A stretch of 36,561 nucleotides of DNA from an uncultured Verrucomicrobiales bacterium (GTDB lineage Bacteria > Verrucomicrobiota > Verrucomicrobiia > Verrucomicrobiales > DEV007). The notes beneath the pieces were generated by a model. That model was not told where the DNA came from and did no database searches. It worked only from the letters and a program-made list of their open reading frames with translations. A program made the position numbers and the translations under genes. Of this stretch, positions 1 to 8,524 are shown in pieces. The stretch lies in assembly GCA_938091905.1 (NCBI GenBank), contig CALKOM010000028.1:1-36561 (forward strand), in the 5' to 3' direction. Within the stretch, counting starts at the first letter, position 1. The number at the start of each line of letters is the position of its first letter.

Positions 1-2
1 GG

Positions 3-358
3 TGGTGGAGGCGAGGGGAGTTGAACCCCTGTCCTAGTAGCTCCGAGGAGAAGGCATCTACACGCATAGTTGGATCTTTGATTTAAAGAGGGAGGCTTCA
101 ACCAACGAAATCCACACTCTCGATCACCCTGTTTCATTTCGCGCCCCGATCCGGATGCCCGATCGAGGAACTAGCCTGCTTTATGCGCCTCCCAGCCTAG
201 CAGGCGTGGGTCGGAAGACGTCGCTGGTTAAGCAGCGAGAGCTAATTCGTTTGAAGAATCTGCATTTATTTGTGTGATCCGATGATTAACGAGGCCAACG
301 AATCATCCTCGACGTGCCGCCCAATCTGTAAGCAACCAGTCGAAACCAAGACGCCCCC
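3..358 (-). ncRNA. ssrA: tmRNA (transfer-messenger RNA)
   Basis: The minus strand begins GGGGGCGTCTTGGTTTCGAC (358) and ends GGACAGGGGTTCAACTCCCCTCGCCTCCACCA (3). The 7-bp acceptor stem GGGGGCG/CGCCTCC has the G3:U pair. A T-arm and encoded CCA are present, length is 356 nt, and there is an internal tag ORF. Confidence 0.97.
228..263 (-). other. tmRNA proteolysis tag reading frame, (A)ADSSNELALAA*
   Basis: After AATAAAT the frame reads GCA GAT TCT TCA AAC GAA TTA GCT CTC GCT GCT TAA, giving the canonical ALAA C-terminus. Confidence 0.9.
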
Positions 359-389
359 AAGTTGAGTTGGTCTTGCGACCAAGCTCTTT

Positions 390-418
390 AAGATAGGCCC
401 CATTGGGTCGAGGCGCAA
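390..418 (-). promoter_or_regulatory. Putative sigma70 promoter of ssrA
   Basis: Minus strand TTGCGC (418-413), 17-nt spacer, TATCTT (395-390), about 30 nt upstream of the mature 5' end. The leader holds a hairpin TTGGTC-GCAA-GACCAA. Confidence 0.55.
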
Positions 419-598
419 ATCGGATCCTGGGTTTCTGGTTAGCATAGATTCGCATTATTGAGAATCAAACTCTCGAAATTATAGAAATTAGAGTTGAGTG
501 TTCCTGGGAAAGTTGTATCCTTGGAGAAGTTTCTTATATCTGCGGCTCCACACTGCGGAACATCGTGAGAACGGCCCCCTCTGAATCAAGACGACCCC

Positions 599-1345
599 AT
601 GAACGCTTCCAACGCTTTCGCTGAGAATGCCACGAGCACGCTCGAATCTGAGTCGAGTAACGGCAGCAAGCCGACCCCATTCACGAATGAAGATATGGTC
701 AAGCGCCGGACACGTCGGCGGATCATGGAGCGCTTCGAGCAGGCGTTCTTTGCGGGCCTTCTTCTAACATTGCTCTTGTTCGCGGGTTACATCGGTTTCT
801 CCGAGTACTCCACGCCCACCGCGATGGCGGCCTCCGAGCCCACGTCTCTGTTGATGCCTGATGAGAACGTTCGGGTGACTTGGGAAGATGAACCTGCATT
901 TGAGCTCCCTGCAGTGCCGCAGATGGGAGATTCGGAATCGTATCCGGTGGTGGGTGAAGCGTTTGAAACGACGTGGATCGCCAGTGAAGCGGGAGCTGAA
1001 GAGGTGGAATCAAGTCCGTATGTCAAAGAGAAGTCGACTTCAGTGGATGTGCTAGAAACCGTTCCGGCTCCTGCAGCTTTGGATGCGGAGACTGAGTCGG
1101 CAATTGCGACGGAGATGGAGAGGCCAGTTGGCGGTGTGCCAATGGATGCGAGCCTTGGCAACGATGATATCAAGCTTGTGGTTGAAACGACACCGGGTAG
1201 CGAGGAAGTCGCCGTGGTGGAGTCTCTGGCCCAAGCGTTGACAGAGTCATCGGCTCGGATTGGCGTGCTGAGAGTGGGAGGCGGTCACGCCGGTGATCTG
1301 AAGCGTCTCTACACCGATCCTGCCGTGGTTTATGGGCTGGAGTGA
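599..1345 (+). CDS. Hypothetical single-pass membrane protein with acidic low-complexity region
   Basis: 248-aa ORF. An Arg-rich patch precedes a hydrophobic helix (AFFAGLLLTLLLFAGYIGF), followed by an E/A/P/V-rich tail. No family recognised. Confidence 0.7.
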   Translation: MNASNAFAENATSTLESESSNGSKPTPFTNEDMVKRRTRRRIMERFEQAFFAGLLLTLLLFAGYIGFSEYSTPTAMAASEPTSLLMPDENVRVTWEDEPAFELPAVPQMGDSESYPVVGEAFETTWIASEAGAEEVESSPYVKEKSTSVDVLETVPAPAALDAETESAIATEMERPVGGVPMDASLGNDDIKLVVETTPGSEEVAVVESLAQALTESSARIGVLRVGGGHAGDLKRLYTDPAVVYGLE

Positions 1346-1475
1346 TTTGACGTGTGCGGTTGTGCTTTGTGCGACAGAACGATCAGTGTGATAGGAAACG
1401 TGGACATCGCTGATAGGGACTAGAATCCTGGTCTCGGGGATTGACGCTGCCGGAGTATGCTCTCATAACCACTGG

Positions 1476-2477
1476 ATGCTTCTCACACCTACTCAGACCT
1501 GCACCCTATTCAAGCACGCCCTGGCAGAGCACTATGCTATCTTAGCGGTCAATGCGGATAGTCCGGCCGCGGTGGTGGATGCTCTGGAGGCTGCCCGTCA
1601 GTGTCAGTCGCCAGTCATTGTTGAAACGAGTTTGTGGCAATTGATGGGACACAGCTTTGGCTATGGCGATCCTGTTCTTGGGATGACGCAGTACCTGACC
1701 GATCTTGCTGTGCTAGGGCAATCCAAGCGTTATCGGGACGTGCCGATTGTGTATCACACCGATCACATCAAGGGCCCCATGACGGTTTCCCTCCTGCAAC
1801 GTGCGATCCGTGGATTGGACGTCTCGTTTGGTGGGCAAGAGCTCCGTCTGTCAGCCTCTAGTGTATCGTTAGATTCCTCGGAGTTGAGCGTGGAGGAGAA
1901 TCTGGCGACCATTGCAACTTTGTGTGAAACGGCGCGCGAGGCCGACGTGGAGGCAACTCTGGAAATGGAGGCTGGCGTGGATGATGGGGTAACTTCGTTA
2001 GACGAAGCACGTGCGCTTTTTGGTGCAGCGGAAAGGGCGAATCCTGGTTACTTAGCGTTGTGGGCACCGGGTGTGGGGACAAAGCATGGGTTGGGATCTG
2101 CAGGAGGGTTTGAGCCGGAAGCGGTGGCTCGTCATCAGACGCTCGCCTCCGAGCTTGCGGGTCGCCCCATTGGTATTGCCTTGCACGGTTCGTCCGGATT
2201 GGACACCGCGCAGTTGCAAGCGGCGGTTGCTGCTGGCGTCTCTAAAGTGAATTGGTCTTCCGAATCCTTGTTGATTCGGTCAGGAGCCGCTCGGGAATTC
2301 TATTTAGACCATCAAGAGCAGCTGACCAAAGGGCACGCGAATTTCAAAGAGACCGCGATGGACAATGGCGTACAAAGTTCGGTCTCGGCGGTCTATGTGC
2401 CGCGGGTGGTTGAGCGACTGAAGGCTTTGGGTTCGGATGGAAAAGTGGCTTCGTTCATGGAAGCTTTAGCAGAATAA
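1476..2477 (+). CDS. Class II (metal-dependent) fructose/tagatose-bisphosphate aldolase family protein
   Basis: Motifs AILAVN, SPVIVE, HTDH, EMEAG, GTKHG, ALHGSSG and GVSKVN. Substrate cannot be determined from sequence. Confidence 0.88.
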   Translation: MLLTPTQTCTLFKHALAEHYAILAVNADSPAAVVDALEAARQCQSPVIVETSLWQLMGHSFGYGDPVLGMTQYLTDLAVLGQSKRYRDVPIVYHTDHIKGPMTVSLLQRAIRGLDVSFGGQELRLSASSVSLDSSELSVEENLATIATLCETAREADVEATLEMEAGVDDGVTSLDEARALFGAAERANPGYLALWAPGVGTKHGLGSAGGFEPEAVARHQTLASELAGRPIGIALHGSSGLDTAQLQAAVAAGVSKVNWSSESLLIRSGAAREFYLDHQEQLTKGHANFKETAMDNGVQSSVSAVYVPRVVERLKALGSDGKVASFMEALAE

Positions 2478-3472
2478 CCCAATCTTTGGTATTGCCGTGA
2501 GGAGGCCTTCCGAGTCGCCGGACTCCGCCTCCTGGCATGGATTTGTCACTGCCGATTTGGAGGTTGCTCCCGTCGACGGGAGCGAACCAGCGCCGCTCGA
2601 AGACTTTGGATACGGCGGGTAGATCGATTTCGATGGGATGAGGGGGTGGATGGTATAGATCTCGCCTTCGATGCCGAAGCCTTGGGCGTCTTCGTCTGAA
2701 ATGACGTCGTTCATGGGGACCATCTTCCAGTAGGGAAGGTGATCCTCGAAGAGAGTTAGGGCGTTGCGAGTCTGTTTCCAGAGATGGGTAGGTGTGCGCG
2801 AATCTTCGAGTGTGAGGTCATTGTGAGGATGCCTGGCTCCAAAGTACCATTCCACGCCGGTGCCGCCTTCGCAGACTGCCCCAGAGTGCGTGTCGTCTTA
2901 GGTATCGTGATGTGGACTGGTGGCATCTGGCAGGGCTCCTGTGTGCCACAGGCCAATCTCGTCCATGGTGATGGGCCAGGGAGGTTTAGCGTCTTGAGCC
3001 AGTCGCGACCGGTTGCAGGGAATCGGAAATAGCCGCCGTCGATACCGAGCCTGCCGAGGGCGCGGAAGCTGGGGCCGGCTTGAGTGTTTGCTGTCACCTC
3101 GAACTCGCCGGTGGCTTTGGCGAGCAGGAAAGGCTTGCCGGGCTTGTTGCTGATGGCGAGGTCTTTGCCGAAATTTAAGGTGTCCTCGTGGCGCTAGGGA
3201 CCTAACAAGTCGGGGGTAAATCGGGCTTGCCACTGATTGCCAGCGCGAGCGCTTGTCTCGGCCGCATTGCCATCGGCGGCAAAGAAACCGCGCGCCTTTG
3301 CCGACTTTTCGGCGGGATTGACAGTTACCGCTAGGCGGTAGCCCGTGAAAGGATTCACGCGGGCTTGCTCGCTTGTCTGAGGACCTCGAAAGCTGAGAAT
3401 GAGCGTTTCCCACTGTTCTAGGGCATGGCTAGGTAAGAGGGTGAAAGCAAGAAAGAGGAGCGGAAGGCGCAT
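2455..3472 (-). pseudogene. Degraded DUF5060-type secreted protein (C-terminal collagen-binding-like domain); in-frame stop, frameshifts, large internal deletion
   Basis: Joined frames: signal peptide + GPQTSE..NPFTGYRL..GFFAADGNAAETSA..WQARFTPD, then TAG (3194-3196) at a Trp-like position, then FRALGRL..YFRF..WLK | PWPITMDEIG..HDT / RRHALWGS / GGTGVEWYFGARHPHNDLTLED..LPYWKM / IDLP..RWF..LGRPP..DWVILLKLP*. About 340 codons survive. Confidence 0.8.
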
Positions 3473-3473
3473 G

Positions 3474-5987
3474 TTAGGAGAAGAGGCTCATCTGGGGAGA
3501 TGGGCTCTCTGGCTTAGGATCGTCCTTAGTCTGGGCTCTGGTTGGGCGGGCGCGTTTCTTCTTGGCGACAGCGGCTTTGTCAGGCTGAGCGCCATTCTGG
3601 GATTCAAGATGATCGAGGATGGCTTGCGCCCGACTGACGACTTCCTTGGGAAGGCCTGCGAGTCGGGCGACTTGGATGCCGTAGCTACGGTCGGCGGCAC
3701 CGGGGATGATCTTGCGGAGAAAGATGATCTCTTCGTTCCACTCACGGACGGCCACATTGTAGTTCTGCACGCTAGGGCGGCTTTGAGCGAGGGCGGTGAT
3801 TTCGTGGTAGTGGGTGGCAAACAGGGTGCGTGCCTCGATGGTGTCGTTGACGTGTTCGGCGACACTCCAAGCAATGGAAAGGCCGTCAAAGGTGGACGTG
3901 CCGCGTCCGATTTCATCAAGCACGATGAGGCTTCGGTCGGTGGCGTTGTTGATGATGCTAGCCGTCTCGTTCATCTCGACCATGAAGGTGGATTGACCAC
4001 GGGCGAGATCGTCATTGGCACCCACCCGGGTGAAGATGCGGTCCACGAGACCGATCTCCGCTTGGGCCGCAGGAATGAAGCTACCTACTTGTGCCATTAG
4101 TGTAAGCAGGGCGACCTGACGGATGTAGGTCGACTTTCCCGCCATGTTTGGTCCGGTGATGAGGAGCAATCGGTTGATGTCGTGATCGAGCGTGGTGTCG
4201 TTGGGGACAAACTTCTCCTCGGCCAGGTTCTGATCGAGCATGGGATGCCGACCATCCTTGATGTAGAGGTTCTTGGACTCGTTGAGAAGAGGGCGGGTGT
4301 AATTGTAGAGTCGCGCTTTCTCGGCGAGTCCCGCCATGACATCGATCTCGGCTAGCGTGTCTGCTAGAATCTGCAGGGGGCGTAGATCTGTGAGGACGCG
4401 TTCGCGTAACTTTTGGAATTCCTCATACTCGTACGCGCGCATGCGTTCATCTGCGCCGAGGATCTTGTTCTCCATTTCCTTGAGTTCAGGCGTGATGAAT
4501 CGCTCGGCATTGGCGGTGGTCTGCTTGCGATGATAGTCGTCGGGGACTTGAGAGAGATTTGATTTCGTGATCTCGATGAAGTAACCAAAGACAGCGTTGT
4601 ATTTTACTTTGAGTGACTTGATGCCCGTGCGTTCGCTTTCGCGAACCTGTAAGTCAGCGATCCACTGTTTGCCTTCGCTAGAGGCTTTTCGAATTTCATC
4701 GAGTTCGGTGTTGTAGCCATCGCGGAAGATGCCGCCTTCCTTTACGGAAACGGGAGGCTCCTCGATGATGGCCTTTTCCAAAAGGTCGACGAGTTCTGGG
4801 AACTCGTGCAAGCGTTCCAACCAATCTTGGATGAGTGCAGGCGGGGTTCCTGGAACGAGCGATTCGAGATGCGCGCGCATGTCGGGGATGGCTTGGAGCG
4901 CTGCGGAGAGATTGCGCATATCGCGACCATTGCCCGATCCCTGACTGAGTCGTCCGAGGGTGCGCTCAACATCGCGGATGCCCTTGAGGGCTTCCTGGGT
5001 TTGTGAAAGAACAAAGGGTTGATTGAGAAAGGCCTCGAGGGCGTCTTGCCGGCTGCGCAGACGTTGCAAGTCGCGCAGAGGATGGAGAAGCCAGTCCCGG
5101 AGCTTTCGGCCACCCATGGGCGTGCACGTCTGATCAAGCGCATGCAACAGGGTGTGTTTGGTGCCGGCGCGGCACTCAACGAGATCGAGGTTTTGTTGGC
5201 TTGCCGTGTCGATGAGTACGCAGCTGTCCGTTTGATAGGGCTGCAATGTGAGCACGTGGTCGAGTTTGCGTCGCAAGACTTGCTGCAAGTAGTGAAGCAA
5301 GGCTCCTGCAGCGCTGATGGAGCCTTCGAGTCCGGCGCAGCCAAAGCCATCGAGGGAATGGACTTTGAATTGCTCTTTCAGCGAATGATAGGCTTGGTCG
5401 TAAAGGAAGGCGTAGCCATCGTAGGCAATGCCGCCAGGCAAGTCGGCTAAGCTTTCTTGTTCTTCGCTGTAGAGGAGTTCTGAGGGAGCAATGCGATGGA
5501 TTTCATCTTGCAGTGCAGCGCGGTCCTGAAATTCGGTTAGACGGAAATCCCCGGTGGTGAGATCGATGTAGGCCAGTCCGTAGGCTTTCTTGAATTGAAA
5601 GACACCTGCCAAGTAATTGGCGCGATTGGCGTCCAAGAGATTGAGATCGCTGATGGTGCCCGCGCTGATCACCTGGCCGATTTCTCGTTCGACAATCTTG
5701 CCCGCTTGCGGTTCGCTCACTTGTTCTCCGAGCGCGACTCGTTTCCCGGCTTTGACCAGTTTGCCAATGTAGCCCTCGGCAGCGTGGTGAGGTACGCCGC
5801 ACATGGGCGTGCCTTGACGTTTGGTTAGAGCAATGTTGAGAATACCTGCGGCTTCTTTGGCGTCGTCGAAGAAGAGCTCGTAGAAGTCGCCCAGTCGGAA
5901 GAAGAGGAGCACGTCTTTGGGGAGGCTCTGGCGCAGTCGCTGGTACTGCTGCATCATGGGGGTAAGTTTCCCGTCTTTCTTCGCCAT
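3474..5987 (-). CDS. mutS: DNA mismatch repair protein MutS
   Basis: TPMMQQY, GDFYELF mismatch-binding motif, Walker A GPNMAGKST, STFMVEM, DEIGRGTST, FATHYHE, SYGIQVA and a C-terminal clamp-binding-like QMSLF. Confidence 0.98.
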   Translation of the reverse strand: MAKKDGKLTPMMQQYQRLRQSLPKDVLLFFRLGDFYELFFDDAKEAAGILNIALTKRQGTPMCGVPHHAAEGYIGKLVKAGKRVALGEQVSEPQAGKIVEREIGQVISAGTISDLNLLDANRANYLAGVFQFKKAYGLAYIDLTTGDFRLTEFQDRAALQDEIHRIAPSELLYSEEQESLADLPGGIAYDGYAFLYDQAYHSLKEQFKVHSLDGFGCAGLEGSISAAGALLHYLQQVLRRKLDHVLTLQPYQTDSCVLIDTASQQNLDLVECRAGTKHTLLHALDQTCTPMGGRKLRDWLLHPLRDLQRLRSRQDALEAFLNQPFVLSQTQEALKGIRDVERTLGRLSQGSGNGRDMRNLSAALQAIPDMRAHLESLVPGTPPALIQDWLERLHEFPELVDLLEKAIIEEPPVSVKEGGIFRDGYNTELDEIRKASSEGKQWIADLQVRESERTGIKSLKVKYNAVFGYFIEITKSNLSQVPDDYHRKQTTANAERFITPELKEMENKILGADERMRAYEYEEFQKLRERVLTDLRPLQILADTLAEIDVMAGLAEKARLYNYTRPLLNESKNLYIKDGRHPMLDQNLAEEKFVPNDTTLDHDINRLLLITGPNMAGKSTYIRQVALLTLMAQVGSFIPAAQAEIGLVDRIFTRVGANDDLARGQSTFMVEMNETASIINNATDRSLIVLDEIGRGTSTFDGLSIAWSVAEHVNDTIEARTLFATHYHEITALAQSRPSVQNYNVAVREWNEEIIFLRKIIPGAADRSYGIQVARLAGLPKEVVSRAQAILDHLESQNGAQPDKAAVAKKKRARPTRAQTKDDPKPESPSPQMSLFS

Positions 5988-6080
5988 ACATGCAGCCTAG
6001 AGCACGCTTTGAAGCGTTGTAAAGACGTTGACCATAATGTGGCGGCATGTAAGCGTCCGCCTAACCGACAACCTATCCTT

Positions 6081-6305
6081 ATGAAGATTTCTATCGAATA
6101 CTGTTCCCAGTGAAACTACCAACCCAACGCTGCTAGTGTAGCAGCGGAACTCAAAGCGGCATTTGATGCGGATGCAACGCTCATTCCTGGTGGTGGTGGC
6201 ATTTTTGACGTGGTCGTGGATGGTGTGCGGATCTACTGCAAGCATGAGACGGAGAAGTTTCCTGATGGCGGGGAGATCGTGGTCCTCCTGAAGAATCGAG
6301 GGTAA
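6081..6305 (+). CDS. SelT/SelW/SelH (Rdx) family selenoprotein, CxxU motif, 74 aa (TGA 6111-6113 read as Sec)
   Basis: MKISIEYCSQ-U-NYQPNAASVAAELKAAFDADATLIPGGGGIFDVVVDGVRIYCKHETEKFPDGGEIVVLLKNRG*. It has the Rdx hallmarks IEYCxxU, GGxFxVxVDG and FP, no other lesion, and a downstream hairpin. Absent from the ORF track. Confidence 0.92.
6128..6146 (+). promoter_or_regulatory. Putative bacterial SECIS element
   Basis: Perfect 8-bp stem CGCTGCTA-GTG-TAGCAGCG with a G-containing apical loop and 22 nt between the UGA and the loop. Confidence 0.7.
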
Positions 6306-6346
6306 GAAGCTTGCTGGAACGGGCGTGCTTTGCGAGGGTGTTGGCA

Positions 6347-7681
6347 ATGAAACGCCTTATCTTGCTCCTCAGCGTCGTCGTTCCTCTCAGCCATCAGACT
6401 TCGTTGGCGGATGACTGGCCTCAGTGGTTTGGTCCGCAACGGGACGGGATTTGGCGGGAGACCGGGATTGTTGAAAAACTTCCCACCGGAGGCCCTGAGC
6501 TTGTTTGGAAAGCACCGATTGGAACTGGCTATGCTGGTCCTGCGGTCAGTGGCGGCCGTGCTTATGTTTTTGATAGGACTCTGGCGGATGTCACAGACTC
6601 GCCGGACAATCCGTTCGAGCGCGGTGAGATCCCCGGGAAGGAGAGCTTGCATTGCTTGGAGAGCGCGACTGGCAAGGTTGTTTGGTCGAAGAGTTATGAC
6701 ACGAACTACACGGTCAGTTATGCCGCGGGGCCACGGTGCACTCCTGTGATTCACGAAGGGCTCGTTTACACACTTGGTGCGGAAGGAAGACTTTTTGTTC
6801 GTCGCGTCGGAACCGGTGATGTTGTTTGGGAGAAAGACTTTGTCAGTGTGCTGAAAACCAAGACACCGACTTGGGGCTTTGCGGCGACGCCACTAATCGA
6901 GGATGATCTTCTCATCTGCTTAGCGGCAGGCGACGGTTCGACAGTGGTGGCTTATGACAAGAAGACAGGAGAAGAACGATGGCGCGCGCTTGGTGCCAAG
7001 GAGCCTGGTTACTGTCCACCGCGCCTGCTTGTGGAAGGTGACAAGCGGGTGCTTCTAATTTGGCATCCCGAGGCGATCAATGGACTGGACCCGAAGAGCG
7101 GCAAGGTTCTGTGGACGATTCCTTGGAAGATCAAGGCTGGGTTGACGGCACCGACGCCACGTCGCGAAGGAAAGCGGGTCTTCTTTACGAGTTTCTACAA
7201 TGGGGCAACGATGTTAGAGTTTGCCGAGTTTGACAAAGAACCCAAGGTGATGTGGCAGACGAAGCGGGCGAGCGAGAAACGAACCGAGCATTTAAATAGC
7301 ATCATGGGGACGCCTGTTTTTCATAAAGGCCATTTGTATGGTAACTGCAGCTATGGGCAATTCCGATGCTTGAAAGCGGAGACAGGCGAGCGGTTGTGGG
7401 AGTCGTTAGAGCCAGTCGTGAAGAAGGAAGTGCGTTGGGGGAACGTTTTCGTCACTCCTCATGAAGATCGCTACTTTCTTTTTAACGAGCAGGGAGAACT
7501 ACTCATTGGAAAGTTTTCTCCGCAGGGCTACGAAGAAATCAGTCGGGCAAAGTTGATCGAACCTGACGGAGCCGATATGCGCCAGCGGTCGATTGTGTGG
7601 TCGCACCCGGCCTATGCCAATCAGTGTATTTTCGTGCGCAATGATAGTGAGATCAAGTGCTTCTCGCTCAAGGCGCGCTAA
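6347..7681 (+). CDS. Secreted PQQ-binding-like beta-propeller repeat protein (BamB-like PVC family)
   Basis: Signal peptide MKRLILLLSVVVPL.., then DDWPQWFGPQRDG, repeated TG..VW/RW blade motifs and terminal WSHPAYAN..FVRND. ATG 6347 is preferred over TTG 6311. Confidence 0.9.
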   Translation: MKRLILLLSVVVPLSHQTSLADDWPQWFGPQRDGIWRETGIVEKLPTGGPELVWKAPIGTGYAGPAVSGGRAYVFDRTLADVTDSPDNPFERGEIPGKESLHCLESATGKVVWSKSYDTNYTVSYAAGPRCTPVIHEGLVYTLGAEGRLFVRRVGTGDVVWEKDFVSVLKTKTPTWGFAATPLIEDDLLICLAAGDGSTVVAYDKKTGEERWRALGAKEPGYCPPRLLVEGDKRVLLIWHPEAINGLDPKSGKVLWTIPWKIKAGLTAPTPRREGKRVFFTSFYNGATMLEFAEFDKEPKVMWQTKRASEKRTEHLNSIMGTPVFHKGHLYGNCSYGQFRCLKAETGERLWESLEPVVKKEVRWGNVFVTPHEDRYFLFNEQGELLIGKFSPQGYEEISRAKLIEPDGADMRQRSIVWSHPAYANQCIFVRNDSEIKCFSLKAR

Positions 7682-8148
7682 TCACGAGTTGGGTGAAGAG
7701 CTGTGGAGTGGTGGGATCGTTTGCGCTCCAGCGCATGGTGCCAAGTGGCTGCTCCGTGAGTTCGCTCGTGGGCGCAGGGGGCCAGGTGCGCAAGTCGATG
7801 GATGTCTCCACGTTCAATGTGAACCTGTTCGAACTGCGTAAACGAGACTGGTAGTCGATTCGATAGGGACTTTGACTGGTGATAAAGGGGATGTCTGTGG
7901 CCGTCGCGCCGGGGAGGGATCAGTTGTATTTGCGTCCTGTGGCACGAAAGTCTGGGTAGGCACGGAAAGAGTTATTGTCGAAGTCTTCGTGCCGTCCTTA
8001 GTCGAGGATCTCAATCCGGGTCATGGCATCGAGACCTGGAAATTCTAGACTGTATTCCTTACTTAGGCTGTCTCCAAAGACGAGAACCTCTTCTGCGGCC
8101 CATTGATTGGGCTACTAAGAGGAATGCGAGTGGATTGGAGCGTTGCAT
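7668..8148 (-). pseudogene. Collapsed GDSL/SGNH hydrolase pseudogene
   Basis: A signal-like start at 8148 frameshifts into AAEEVLVFGDSLSKEYSLEFP..IEILD*GRHEDFD..PDFRATGRKYN*SLPGATATD..VETSIDLRTW..QLFTQLVISAP*. GDSL is at 8064-8075, with stops at 7998-8000 and 7920-7922. SGNH blocks GxND and DxxH are absent. Confidence 0.72.
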
Positions 8149-8152
8149 TACA

Positions 8153-8524
8153 TCAGATGGAGACACGTCTGGCGCGGATGATATCTTGCAGCTTCTGAAG
8201 CAGCGCCATGATCGTGTCCTGGTAGTGCATGGCGATGGCGGCAAGCAGAAGACTTCCGATCAAGAAGATCCAGCGTCGACGTTTCTGGGCACGTCTTCGC
8301 TCGCCCACGTAGTCATCGTGATTTTCCGTCGGCCTAATGCTAATGGATTCAGGAACTTTCACGAAGCCATCAAGAGCAACATTGAGGAGGTTGCCAGACT
8401 GCAGGCAGCGGGCGCGCCAGAAGGGTCGCTGGTCTTCATCCACGACCACCTCCAGAAGGCGCAGGTGGTTCTTACCGGCGGGAATCTGTTCGCCGCGAAC
8501 GCGATGGACTAGAGACTCGGGCAT
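8153..8524 (-). CDS. Hypothetical small membrane protein
   Basis: 123-aa ORF with a basic patch (RRRAQKRRR) before a C-terminal hydrophobic helix. Confidence 0.6.
   Translation of the reverse strand: MPESLVHRVRGEQIPAGKNHLRLLEVVVDEDQRPFWRARCLQSGNLLNVALDGFVKVPESISIRPTENHDDYVGERRRAQKRRRWIFLIGSLLLAAIAMHYQDTIMALLQKLQDIIRARRVSI

Noticed and set aside
3..75. tRNA gene
   Set aside because: There is a T-arm and acceptor end only. The matching 5' strand is about 350 nt away with a tag ORF between, so this is tmRNA.
456..496. Fur-like box or operator upstream of the 599 gene
   Set aside because: Only a half-site (ATTGAGAATCA) and loose inverted repeats in AT-rich DNA; not enough to call.
3194..3196. 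Pyrrolysine or stop-codon reassignment at the in-frame TAG
   Set aside because: The gene also has several frameshifts, and TAG terminates intact genes here (e.g. glyQS, scpA).
3399..4100. Long alternative-frame ORFs overlapping mutS, glyQS, GH2 and others (e.g. 3399-4100, 19187-19990, 23426-24028)
   Set aside because: They are antisense or out-of-frame shadows of well-supported genes, with no recognisable motifs.
5997..6347. 116-aa minus ORF from the track
   Set aside because: It is the antisense shadow of the selenoprotein gene.
7920..7922. Second selenocysteine codon in the GDSL-like frame
   Set aside because: The position suits Trp rather than Cys, the same frame has a TAA and a deletion, and I see no SECIS-like hairpin.
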